The notes under the pieces: generated by a model
Seen by the model: the letters and a program-made list of their open reading frames with translations, nothing else
Told to the model about the DNA's origin: nothing
Databases searched by the model: none
Virus record (IMG/VR): IMGVR_UViG_3300021961_000065
Coordinates: 1-64,000 of that record
Strand: one strand, 5' to 3'
DNA length: 64,000 nucleotides
From: a virus
Position numbers and translations under genes: made by a program
Shown here: positions 1-8,410 of the stretch, piece by piece
How the letters are laid out: the number at the start of each line of letters is the position of its first letter
Position numbering within the stretch: position 1 is the stretch's first letter

Positions 1-937
1 TCGTAAGTATGGCATAGACTTTCAGGATAAAAGAATATGGGATTGTCAGTTAGTGCATTTCATGCTAACAGGTCAATCAAAACCATATCCTAGCTTGAAT
101 CAAGTCTGTGAACACTATGGACTAGAAACTAAACTAGACGTAGTCAAAGAAGAATATTGGAAGAATGGCATTGATACTAATGAGATTCCAAGAGATATTC
201 TAGATGAGTATTTGCTCAAGGATTTAGAATTAACAGAGCAAGTGTATTTAAAACAGTTAGAAGATCTTGAGGCTAATCCACATCTTAAAAGACTAATCAG
301 CTTACATAATCAGGACTTGTTAGTTCTTGAAGAAATGGAGTTCAATGGTGTTTTATATGATCAAGATAGGTCAGAGATCTTAGGTAATGAATTGGAGGAA
401 CAGATTGCAAAACTCGATAAAAGACTTTATACATTCCATAATTTTGACATGTTTAATCCCAGTAGTGTTGATCATGTTAGTGCCTTATTATATGGGGGTA
501 TTATTAAGTTCCGTGTTCAGGAACCTGATGGGGTATACAAGTCAGGACAAAAGCAAGGACAAGTAAAACTTAGATGGATAGATAAAGAAATAGAATTTCC
601 TAGACTTGTCAAACCACTAAAAAACAGTGAGTTAGAAAAGGAAGGTTTATTCTCTACTGATGAACAAACACTTAAAAGTTTAGGTGGTTCTAAAAAAGCA
701 TCAGAAGTTATTAAGATAATCTTGACAAGAGCAGTTTTAGAGAAGAGAATGACTGCATATTATAAAGGTTTGGTAAATTTGATAACAGAGCAGAATTGGG
801 AAAAGGGTCATATCTATGGACAACTAAACCAATGTGTGGCTCGAACAGGACGACTATCAAGTAGTAAGCCTAACTTACAAAACTTTGATGGTGAAATTAA
901 AGGTTTATTATTATCACGATATAAGGAGGCAATATGA
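1..937 (+). CDS. DNA polymerase A, N-terminal half (3'-5' exo + thumb), 5'-truncated, copy A
   Basis: ExoIII-like YLLKDL, EMEFNGV and ARTGRLSSSKPNLQN (PolA motif 2); homologous to 43786-44940. Confidence 0.9.
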   Translation, partial: RKYGIDFQDKRIWDCQLVHFMLTGQSKPYPSLNQVCEHYGLETKLDVVKEEYWKNGIDTNEIPRDILDEYLLKDLELTEQVYLKQLEDLEANPHLKRLISLHNQDLLVLEEMEFNGVLYDQDRSEILGNELEEQIAKLDKRLYTFHNFDMFNPSSVDHVSALLYGGIIKFRVQEPDGVYKSGQKQGQVKLRWIDKEIEFPRLVKPLKNSELEKEGLFSTDEQTLKSLGGSKKASEVIKIILTRAVLEKRMTAYYKGLVNLITEQNWEKGHIYGQLNQCVARTGRLSSSKPNLQNFDGEIKGLLLSRYKEAI

Positions 938-1128
938 GTAACGATAACTATACCCCTGACTATGATGAAGGTATGCAACTTCAATCAGATCAGGAAGAAG
1001 CTTATGTAGTTCATACAGTAAATGACATCAATACAATCATTCAAGAAGTAGGTGTTGAGATTGTTATGGAAAATCTTAATGACTATTCAACTGAACAGAT
1101 TGTTAAATGGTTAGCCAAACACTATTAA
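934..1128 (+). CDS. Small protein between the two polymerase halves, copy A
   Basis: Strong SD AAGGAGG, ATGA overlap; C-terminal 34 aa align without gaps to 44930-45187. Confidence 0.75.
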   Translation: MSNDNYTPDYDEGMQLQSDQEEAYVVHTVNDINTIIQEVGVEIVMENLNDYSTEQIVKWLAKHY

Positions 1129-1141
1129 TGAGGCATTACTA

Positions 1142-1867
1142 ATGTTATTACAAGCAGATGCAAAACAACTAGAGTGGGTAGGTGCTAGTTATCTGTCTCA
1201 AGATCAAGTAGCTATTGATGAGATATGGCAAGGCACAGACATGCACTCTGATAATCAGAAGAGGTTTGGACTACCTAGTAGATTGATTGCTAAGACATTC
1301 GTATTTAGATTGATCTATGGAGGCAGTGCTTGGTCTTATGCTAATGATCCTAACTTCAAAGATGTAGGTGATGAGAAGTTTTGGGAAAAGATCATTAATG
1401 ACTTCTATGGAAAATATAAACAGTTATATCAGTGGCACGAAGAGATTGTATTCAAAGCCACAAGAGATCACAAACTTATCATGCCAACAGGACGGACTTA
1501 CTTTTATGAGCCTGAGGTTAAGTATGGTAAGATTAAGTATCCTCGAACTAAAATACTAAACTATCCAGTTCAAGGACTAGGTGCAGATTTAATGGCGATA
1601 GCTCGAGTCTCATTGAGAAATCGTCTTAAAGGTCGTGATGGAGTAAAGATGGTAAATACTGTTCACGATTCTATTATCCTTGACTTTGATCCAAAAGTAT
1701 GGGATAATGTTACATTGGTCAACATAGTTGATAAATGTTTCGAAGATGTTCCTGATAATTTTACTAAGTTATTTGGAATAGATTTTAACTTACCTATGCG
1801 TGTCGAGTGTCAAATAGGACAAACATGGGGTGATATGGAGATAATAAATGCAAATCACAGTAATTGA
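1142..1867 (+). CDS. DNA polymerase A, C-terminal catalytic half, copy A
   Basis: Motif A ADAKQLE, motif B RLIAKTFVFRLIYG, NYPVQG, motif C TVHDS; own SD GAGG. Confidence 0.92.
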   Translation: MLLQADAKQLEWVGASYLSQDQVAIDEIWQGTDMHSDNQKRFGLPSRLIAKTFVFRLIYGGSAWSYANDPNFKDVGDEKFWEKIINDFYGKYKQLYQWHEEIVFKATRDHKLIMPTGRTYFYEPEVKYGKIKYPRTKILNYPVQGLGADLMAIARVSLRNRLKGRDGVKMVNTVHDSIILDFDPKVWDNVTLVNIVDKCFEDVPDNFTKLFGIDFNLPMRVECQIGQTWGDMEIINANHSN

Positions 1868-2369
1868 TGTTGGACAACCCAACACACATGCAACTAAGAA
1901 TGGTAGATCTTATCAATCAATGGAAGTAACATACAAGAATGATAGTGGTCAAGTTCAATCTAAGAAGTTAATGTCATTCAGTAATCCTGATGTGTTTAAA
2001 CAGGCTAAGGATTGGCAAAAAGGTGACACAGTAGATATTAATACACAGAAAGATGACAATGGTTATTGGCAGTGGATTAGTATTGGTGCTGATGCAATAG
2101 CACAAGCTAGTAGTAGTACAAGTAATACAAGTTCTAAAACAACAAGAGTTACAGGTAGTAACTACGAAACTAAAGAAGAACGAGCACAACGTCAAGTTAT
2201 GATCGTAAGACAATCCTCAATCTCATCTGCTATTTCAGCTTTAACTGCTGAGGGCAAACGTCCTTCAGTTGCAGATATTTTAGGTATGGCTAAAGAGTTC
2301 GAGAACTATGTAATGGATAACAAATCTGTTGATTCAGTAACAGACATGGAAGACGATATTCCTTTATAA
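1848..2369 (+). CDS. Putative single-stranded DNA-binding protein
   Basis: Beta-rich N-terminus, acidic tail EDDIPL; position after pol; ortholog 45893-46429. Confidence 0.6.
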   Translation: MQITVIDVGQPNTHATKNGRSYQSMEVTYKNDSGQVQSKKLMSFSNPDVFKQAKDWQKGDTVDINTQKDDNGYWQWISIGADAIAQASSSTSNTSSKTTRVTGSNYETKEERAQRQVMIVRQSSISSAISALTAEGKRPSVADILGMAKEFENYVMDNKSVDSVTDMEDDIPL

Positions 2370-3067
2370 TGAAAGCTTTAGTCGACATGGATTTAGTGTG
2401 CTTTCGTTGTGCAGCGAGTGCTGAGAACGATGATGTTGGTATAGCTATCTATCGTATGAATGAATTGTTTGATCAGATTATTGAGAAGACAGGTTCAACA
2501 GAATACGAAGCTTATCTAACAGGTTCTAGTAATTTTAGGAAGACTATCTATCCTGAATACAAAGCACATAGAAGAGCACCTAAACCTGTGCACTTAGAGG
2601 CTTGTCGTGATTATGCGATGCAGTCTCTGAATGCAGTAATTGCTCCTGATGGGTTAGAGGCAGATGATGCCTTGGGAATAAATCAAACAGATAATACGAT
2701 AATATGTTCCCTTGATAAAGATTTACTCCAGATACCAGGACGACATTTTTCCTGGGAGATCAGTGGCAAAGGATGGACAAGACCTGATACTTTTGTTGAA
2801 CAGACAGAGCTTGAGGGTCTTCGTCTATTTTATGAACAATGTCTTAAGGGTGATACATCTGATAACATTAAGGGTATAGAGAAGATTGGTGATAAAAAGG
2901 CAAAAACTCTCCTTAGTTCGTGTCCATCTGAACTCGATATGCTTCGTGTTGTCAGAAACCTTTATGGTAATGATGATGAGTTTCTTATGAACGCAGGATG
3001 TTTATGGATCCTACGGGAAGAGAACTCTTATTACAAGGAAAGATTTAATGCCCTTATTCAAAAGTAA
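2369..3067 (+). CDS. 5'-3' exonuclease (T7 gp6/FEN-like)
   Basis: YPEYKAHR, LEADD, SLDKDLLQIPG, GDTSDNIKGI motifs. Confidence 0.9.
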   Translation: MKALVDMDLVCFRCAASAENDDVGIAIYRMNELFDQIIEKTGSTEYEAYLTGSSNFRKTIYPEYKAHRRAPKPVHLEACRDYAMQSLNAVIAPDGLEADDALGINQTDNTIICSLDKDLLQIPGRHFSWEISGKGWTRPDTFVEQTELEGLRLFYEQCLKGDTSDNIKGIEKIGDKKAKTLLSSCPSELDMLRVVRNLYGNDDEFLMNAGCLWILREENSYYKERFNALIQK

Positions 3068-3434
3068 GTTTGAAAAGACAGTGTGGGATAAACTTAAACA
3101 AGTATTCTCAGCCTGTAAATATGAACCTAATAAATATTCTTATATCCAACCTGCAATAGAACGCACTTACATTCCTGACTTTAAACCTGGCACTGCTGAG
3201 ATTTACATCGAGGCTAAAGGTAAACTAGACTTAGAGACTAGAAAGAAGATGGTGTGGTTTAAACAGTGTAATCCAAAGACTCGTATCATATTCCTATTTA
3301 TGAATCCTGATGTTAAGATTCGTAAAGGAAGTAAGACGACTTACTGGATGTGGGCAGAAGACAACGGATTCGAATGGCTTGATGCCAGAAAGGATTGGAT
3401 AAGTGATTATAAAAAACTTTGTAAGAAACGCTGA
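3048..3434 (+). CDS. Endonuclease I-like Holliday junction resolvase
   Basis: FKSKFE, YIPDF, YIEAKG (PD-(D/E)xK), SKTTY..WAE. Confidence 0.85.
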   Translation: MPLFKSKFEKTVWDKLKQVFSACKYEPNKYSYIQPAIERTYIPDFKPGTAEIYIEAKGKLDLETRKKMVWFKQCNPKTRIIFLFMNPDVKIRKGSKTTYWMWAEDNGFEWLDARKDWISDYKKLCKKR

Positions 3435-3600
3435 TGGTAGCTGTTCTTTTAAATGTGAGGTAGATGACAAAGAAGCAGAAGCTTTAATTCAATTTGCTGT
3501 AATAAATCTTATTGATATGGGAATCATTAATGTTGAAGAACAAGAAGACATTGAGTCAGAGGTAAATAGTTATTTAAATTCTGGAGGTAAACTCTCATGA
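3403..3600 (+). CDS. Hypothetical protein
   Basis: Ortholog at 47478-47675. Confidence 0.65.
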   Translation: MIIKNFVRNADGSCSFKCEVDDKEAEALIQFAVINLIDMGIINVEEQEDIESEVNSYLNSGGKLS

Positions 3601-4382
3601 GGAAACACATGGTGATACCTGATTGTCAAGTAAAACCAGGACATTCAGTGCAATATTTAAGATGGATAGGTCAATACATTGTTGACAAACAACCTGATGT
3701 AATTGTATGTATAGGAGACTTTGCAGATATGCCTAGTCTTTCTTCGTATGATGTAGGTAAAAAGATGTTTGAAGGTAGAACATATAAATCAGACATCAAA
3801 GCAGTTCACAAAGCTATGGAAAGTTTATTAGCTCCTCTATGGAGATTACAAGAGAGACAACGTAAAGCTAAACGAAAGCTTTATCAACCTAGAATGGTTC
3901 TTACTTTAGGTAATCATGAAGATCGTATAGATCGAGCTATTAATAATGATCGTAAATTAGAAGATTTAATTAGCATAGGAGACTTAAATTATGATAAGTA
4001 TGGTTGGGAAGTGTATCCTTTTCTTGATGTGGTCGTTGTTGATGGTATTGCTTATAGTCACTATTTTGCAAGTGGTGTCATGGGAAGACCGATTACATCA
4101 GCTAGAACGCTCATTACTCGTAAGCACATGTCGTGTTTCGCAGGACATCAACAAGGTAGACAGATCGCTTACGGAAGCCGTGCAGATGGAAGAGAGATTA
4201 CTGCTATTATTGCAGGATCATGCTACGAACACGATGAGGACTATTTAAGTTCACAAACTAACCAACACTGGAGAGGGTTCTATATGCTCCATGAGGTTAA
4301 TGATGGTGCTTTTGATGAGATGGCAGTAAGCATTAATTATCTTCGTCAAAAGTATGGTAAAAAGCTTGACAAAAGCGTTTAA
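3597..4382 (+). CDS. Calcineurin-like metallophosphoesterase
   Basis: IPDCQ, GDFAD, LGNHE, GHQQ motifs. Confidence 0.85.
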   Translation: MRKHMVIPDCQVKPGHSVQYLRWIGQYIVDKQPDVIVCIGDFADMPSLSSYDVGKKMFEGRTYKSDIKAVHKAMESLLAPLWRLQERQRKAKRKLYQPRMVLTLGNHEDRIDRAINNDRKLEDLISIGDLNYDKYGWEVYPFLDVVVVDGIAYSHYFASGVMGRPITSARTLITRKHMSCFAGHQQGRQIAYGSRADGREITAIIAGSCYEHDEDYLSSQTNQHWRGFYMLHEVNDGAFDEMAVSINYLRQKYGKKLDKSV

Positions 4383-4394
4383 ACGAGGTATAAT
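4366..4394 (+). promoter_or_regulatory. Consensus sigma70 promoter
   Basis: TTGACA-N17-TATAAT, exact consensus, upstream of the RNR block. Confidence 0.75.
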
Positions 4395-4396
4395 AT

Positions 4397-4690
4397 ATGA
4401 TACATCCATTAGAAAAGATCTTTGAAGAAGCAGTAGAACAAGCATCAGATGGTAAGGGTGAAGAAAGACATGGTAATGGTAAATGTTTTCTTACTCAACC
4501 TTGGGTTAGCTTAGCAGATACACATGGTACAGGGTTCTTAACTGGACAAGCTCAGAAGAAGATCATGGAAGCAGTAAAGAATAAAGAAGACTCTAACTAT
4601 TTATGGTATAAAAGAGAGATGTTAGGAGCTATAAACTATTTAGCTATGGCATTGTTATATGAAGAAAGGATAGATGATGGTCGACACTAA
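4397..4690 (+). CDS. Conserved all-alpha hypothetical protein (possibly nucleotide-pyrophosphatase-like)
   Basis: GKGEERHG..QPW..GFLTGQAQKK..GAINYLAM conserved in 48433-48735; function uncertain. Confidence 0.6.
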   Translation: MIHPLEKIFEEAVEQASDGKGEERHGNGKCFLTQPWVSLADTHGTGFLTGQAQKKIMEAVKNKEDSNYLWYKREMLGAINYLAMALLYEERIDDGRH

Positions 4691-4817
4691 CCCACATACT
4701 GGAGAACGTATAGTCTCTAAACTTAGAAATAAAGATAAGTTTGATGAGAACTTTGATCGTATCTTTCGTAAAGACAAGAAAGAAGACAAAGAGAATGATA
4801 AGAAATCTAACGTTTGA
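4674..4817 (+). CDS. Small hypothetical protein (47 aa), copy A only
   Basis: MMVDTNPHTGERIVSK...FDENFDRIF; AAGGA SD; fills the gap between genes. Confidence 0.55.
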   Translation: MMVDTNPHTGERIVSKLRNKDKFDENFDRIFRKDKKEDKENDKKSNV

Positions 4818-4986
4818 AGAGCTTAAAGAAGAGCTCTGCAAGATGGAAGAGACAGAGTTATTAGAATTATTAGACATTGAATCAGAAGAAATTGTAGAAA
4901 AGTTTCAAGATAAGATAGAAGATAATTTTGATAAATTACTAGAAGAAGTTGATAATTTAAAAGAGGAGATAGATTCAGATGAGTAA
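4795..4986 (+). CDS. Small acidic protein upstream of RNR
   Basis: Start re-called at MIRNLTFEEL by homology to 48732-48914. Confidence 0.65.
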   Translation: MIRNLTFEELKEELCKMEETELLELLDIESEEIVEKFQDKIEDNFDKLLEEVDNLKEEIDSDE

Positions 4987-6853
4987 TTTACCTAGTGTAT
5001 ATCAAGACGTGATTGCGATGTCTCGATATGCAAGATTCATACCTGAGAAAAACAGACGAGAGAACTGGAGTGAAACAGTAGATCGTTTAGTTAATTACCT
5101 AGAAACAAAGACACCTGATTTAAAGAAGGAACTTAAAGAAGTTAAAGAAGCTGTTCTTAACCTTGAAGTTATGCCTTCTATGAGATTATTAATGACTGCA
5201 GGAGAAGCCTGTGAGCGAGACAACATCTCTGCTTATAACTGTTCTTACCTAGCAGTTAATAATAAACGAGCATTTAGTGAAGCTCTATACATCCTAATGA
5301 ATGGGACTGGTGTAGGTTTTAGTTGTGAGAGACAGGAGATTGATAAGTTGCCCTCTATCCCCTTAGACCTTGATACCTGTGATGACTTAATTGTTGTCGA
5401 AGACAGTAAACTTGGTTGGGCAAAAGCTTTCAAGAAACTCCTGTCATCACTTTATGAAGGAGATATTCCTACGTTTGACTTCTCTAAAGTTAGACCTGCA
5501 GGAGCTAGACTAAGAACATTTGGAGGTAGAGCCAGTGGTCCTGATCCATTAAAGAAACTATTTACTTTCGTAGTGGATACGTTTAAACATGCTAAAGGAC
5601 GTAAGCTTAACTCTATCGAAGTACATGATATTATGTGTATGGTAGGAGAAATCGTTGTAGTTGGAGGTGTAAGACGTTCTGCTCTTATCTCTTTATCTAA
5701 CTTAACTGATCGCAGAATGCGTGAAGCTAAAATGGGAGCCTGGTATAATGATCACCCACATCGAGGTCTTGCCAACAACTCAGTTGCCTATACAGAAAAG
5801 CCTGACAGTGAAACTTTCATGGAAGAATGGGTATCATTGGTTAAGTCTAAATCAGGTGAACGAGGTATCTTTAATCGAATCGCTGCACAGGATCAAGCGA
5901 ATAAATGGGGACGTAGAAGTCCAGATTTCAGTTATGGAACCAATCCTTGTTCAGAGATTATACTCCGTGATAAACAATTCTGTAACCTTACGGAAGTGGT
6001 CGTACGAGCAAATGATACAGAAGAATCCCTTGCAAGAAAAGTTCGACTTGCCACTATTCTTGGTACTATCCAATCGACTCTAATAGACTTTAAGTTTCTA
6101 TCTGCTGAATGGAAACAGAATACAGAAGAAGAAAGATTACTTGGTGTATCAATGACAGGTATTATGGATGCTGAGATTACTTCTAATCCTAATCCTGAAA
6201 TGTTAGAAAGGTTAAGAGATGAAGCAAGAAAGACAAACGAAAAGTATGCTAAGAAATTGGACATCCCTGTTTCTGCATCAATTACTTGTGTTAAGCCTAG
6301 TGGTACTGTTTCTCAGCTTGTGGACAGTGCAAGTGGTATACATACACGACACAATGACTATTACTACAGACGAATCAGAATGGATAAAAAGGATCCAATC
6401 TATACGTTCTTAAAAGAAAAAGGTGTAGAAGTAGAAGATGAAGCTTATAGACCTGACTCTACTGCTGTGTTTACATTCCCTATGAAAGCTCCTAAAGGTG
6501 CTATTCTTAGAGATGGACTAACAGCTATTGAACAGTTAGAGAACTGGATTATATATCAAAGACATTGGTGTGAACACAAACCTTCAGTCACTATCTCTGT
6601 TAAAGATGATGAGTGGGTTGAGGTAGGTGCATGGGTATGGAAGCATTTTGATGAGATCAGTGGCGTATCATTCTTACCTCACAGTGATCATACTTATCAA
6701 CAAGCTCCTTACGAAGACTGTACTAAAGAGCAGTATGAAGAGCTTCTTGCTAGAACTCCTAAGACTATTGATTGGACAGAGTTTACAGAAGAGGAAGATA
6801 ATACCATTGGTCAACAAACATTAGCTTGCACTGCAGGCAGTTGTGAGATATAA
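4979..6853 (+). CDS. nrdJ: Class II (adenosylcobalamin-dependent) ribonucleotide reductase, copy A
   Basis: YNCSY, GTGVGFS, GTNPCSEI, FCNLTE, TCVKPSGT, C-terminal CTAGSCEI; no beta-subunit gene nearby. Confidence 0.9.
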   Translation: MSNLPSVYQDVIAMSRYARFIPEKNRRENWSETVDRLVNYLETKTPDLKKELKEVKEAVLNLEVMPSMRLLMTAGEACERDNISAYNCSYLAVNNKRAFSEALYILMNGTGVGFSCERQEIDKLPSIPLDLDTCDDLIVVEDSKLGWAKAFKKLLSSLYEGDIPTFDFSKVRPAGARLRTFGGRASGPDPLKKLFTFVVDTFKHAKGRKLNSIEVHDIMCMVGEIVVVGGVRRSALISLSNLTDRRMREAKMGAWYNDHPHRGLANNSVAYTEKPDSETFMEEWVSLVKSKSGERGIFNRIAAQDQANKWGRRSPDFSYGTNPCSEIILRDKQFCNLTEVVVRANDTEESLARKVRLATILGTIQSTLIDFKFLSAEWKQNTEEERLLGVSMTGIMDAEITSNPNPEMLERLRDEARKTNEKYAKKLDIPVSASITCVKPSGTVSQLVDSASGIHTRHNDYYYRRIRMDKKDPIYTFLKEKGVEVEDEAYRPDSTAVFTFPMKAPKGAILRDGLTAIEQLENWIIYQRHWCEHKPSVTISVKDDEWVEVGAWVWKHFDEISGVSFLPHSDHTYQQAPYEDCTKEQYEELLARTPKTIDWTEFTEEEDNTIGQQTLACTAGSCEI

Positions 6854-6990
6854 TGATCGCTACAATTCAACCAATATGTGGAGTTCAATTAGGCATAGAG
6901 TTTACTGAAGCAGAAGTAAATGGTACTGAAATAAGTTACTGCTTGATTGATTTATTAATAATCAGAATTCAATTAGCGTGGTATAAATAA
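6853..6990 (+). CDS. Small hypothetical protein (45 aa), copy A only
   Basis: MIATIQPICGVQLGIEF...; TAATG-coupled on both sides. Confidence 0.55.
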   Translation: MIATIQPICGVQLGIEFTEAEVNGTEISYCLIDLLIIRIQLAWYK

Positions 6991-7364
6991 TGAAAGTATG
7001 TATAATTGGTTCTCGCTCTATCGATAAAGCAGAAAAGGTCTTCCCTATCATAGATCGCTTTATCAAAGAGCATGGCACAGGCACTCTCACCTTCCTCCTA
7101 GGGAGTGCCAAAGGTGTCGATCCATTGTCGAAGAAGTATGCTGAGACTCGAGGAATAGATGTGGTAGAGTTTATACCTTATCATCTAATAGACCCTACAG
7201 CAGACTTTGACAGTAAGTATTTCTTTGTTAGAACTAAACAGATGATAGATAACGCAGATAAAGTTCTAGCTATCTGGGATACTCGTAGTAAAGGTACAGA
7301 GTATGGTATTAAGTATGCCCAGAAAAGAAATCTACCAGTGATGGTAGTTAAAGTCCCTGACTAG
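6990..7364 (+). CDS. SLOG-superfamily protein (YspA/DUF2493-like)
   Basis: MKVCIIGSRS, GSAKGVD, AIWDTRSKGT. Confidence 0.75.
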   Translation: MKVCIIGSRSIDKAEKVFPIIDRFIKEHGTGTLTFLLGSAKGVDPLSKKYAETRGIDVVEFIPYHLIDPTADFDSKYFFVRTKQMIDNADKVLAIWDTRSKGTEYGIKYAQKRNLPVMVVKVPD

Positions 7365-7407
7365 GGAGACATGTATGGTAGTAGGGGTTCGCCTCTCCTC
7401 TACTACC
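7354..7407 (+). other. Double stem-loop after the SLOG gene
   Basis: TCCCT/AGGGA, then 11-bp GGTAGTAGGGG/CCTCTACTACC; analogous pair at 51148-51233. Confidence 0.55.
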
Positions 7408-7427
7408 TTACTTTACAGGAGACATAT

Positions 7428-7643
7428 ATGTTTGAATATGTTTTAGTTGTATATATCAACAACACACCTATGTATAAGGGCAACTTTGAATCATGTGCCC
7501 ATGCTACAGACTATGTTAATAAATGCTTAATAAATACAATAGAGCCTAAAGACTTTAGGACTGCTTGTCTTTATCAAGATTATATAAACCTACCTGCCAA
7601 TTTCCATCCATTTTATCCTGGTAAGGAATGTTCCAAAGATTAA
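7428..7643 (+). CDS. Small Cys-containing protein, last gene of the + arm
   Basis: SD CAGGAG; start re-called at MFEYVLV; ortholog 51250-51462. Confidence 0.7.
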   Translation: MFEYVLVVYINNTPMYKGNFESCAHATDYVNKCLINTIEPKDFRTACLYQDYINLPANFHPFYPGKECSKD

Positions 7644-7669
7644 TTGGAGGTAGTTTAAACGATCCCCAG

Positions 7670-8410
7670 TTAATCAATGAATGGACTCTTTCCTTGAGCT
7701 ATTCGTTTCTTAGCATGTTCTATAGCTTTTTTCTTTATAGCTTCAGGAAATTCTTTATCATTAGTCATTGTTAATAGTTCTTGTATCTCTGCTTTAGTTA
7801 GAGTAGGTACGATAGAAGGTATTAATACTTTCTTACCATCTATTGTAGGTTCAATAGAATACTCTGTCATTACATAACCATCTGGTCTTTCTAAAGGTCC
7901 TAACCATCCTGCTCCTTTATAAGTACCATCTTTTCTAACTCCACCAATAGACTTCATAATAGTATCAAGAGGTACTTCTTTACCTTCTACTTTAGTAATA
8001 CCCTGTAGTAGTTTTCCTAATACTTGAGGATTATTGATATCTATTTTGTCATTAGCTTTAACTCCAATAGATTGTGCTACTATCTTTTCATAATTAGCTT
8101 GACTAATATCTTTCTCACCTCTTCGATCTGAAGCAGGTCTCCACAGAGATATAACATCTTTAACAGACTGTGTAGGTTTACCTTTAGCAGGACCTTCTCC
8201 TGCAAAGTATCTATATACTTGATCAGCAGAAGCTTTAATACCTTCTTCTACAGTCTTAAACTCTCTAAAAGACTTAGCATCTGCAGTTTTAAGGTTTGTT
8301 GGGTTATTGCTGCCAGTAGTATTATCTGATTGCGATACTACTGGCTCACTGCTTTTGTGAGGGAGATACTCCTGTAAGCCCCAATGAGGGGATAGCAGAG
8401 TAAAACTCAT
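7670..8410 (-). CDS. Virion-associated muralytic-like module (NNPxN domain plus a second domain), possibly a frameshift extension of 8346-10208
   Basis: NNPTNLK..FREFKTVEEGIKA...ITKVEG; no SD-supported start; copy B has a fused SLT domain at this position. Confidence 0.6.
   Translation of the reverse strand: MSFTLLSPHWGLQEYLPHKSSEPVVSQSDNTTGSNNPTNLKTADAKSFREFKTVEEGIKASADQVYRYFAGEGPAKGKPTQSVKDVISLWRPASDRRGEKDISQANYEKIVAQSIGVKANDKIDINNPQVLGKLLQGITKVEGKEVPLDTIMKSIGGVRKDGTYKGAGWLGPLERPDGYVMTEYSIEPTIDGKKVLIPSIVPTLTKAEIQELLTMTNDKEFPEAIKKKAIEHAKKRIAQGKSPFID

Noticed and set aside
934-1141. Group I intron, intein or homing endonuclease in pol
   Set aside because: Insert is only about 200-250 nt and almost fully coding, with no nuclease, intein or intron-core motifs
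1368-6824. Alternative-frame and antisense ORFs inside pol, phosphoesterase and nrdJ, some recurring in copy B
   Set aside because: Shadows of conserved coding sequence, with no SD or motifs
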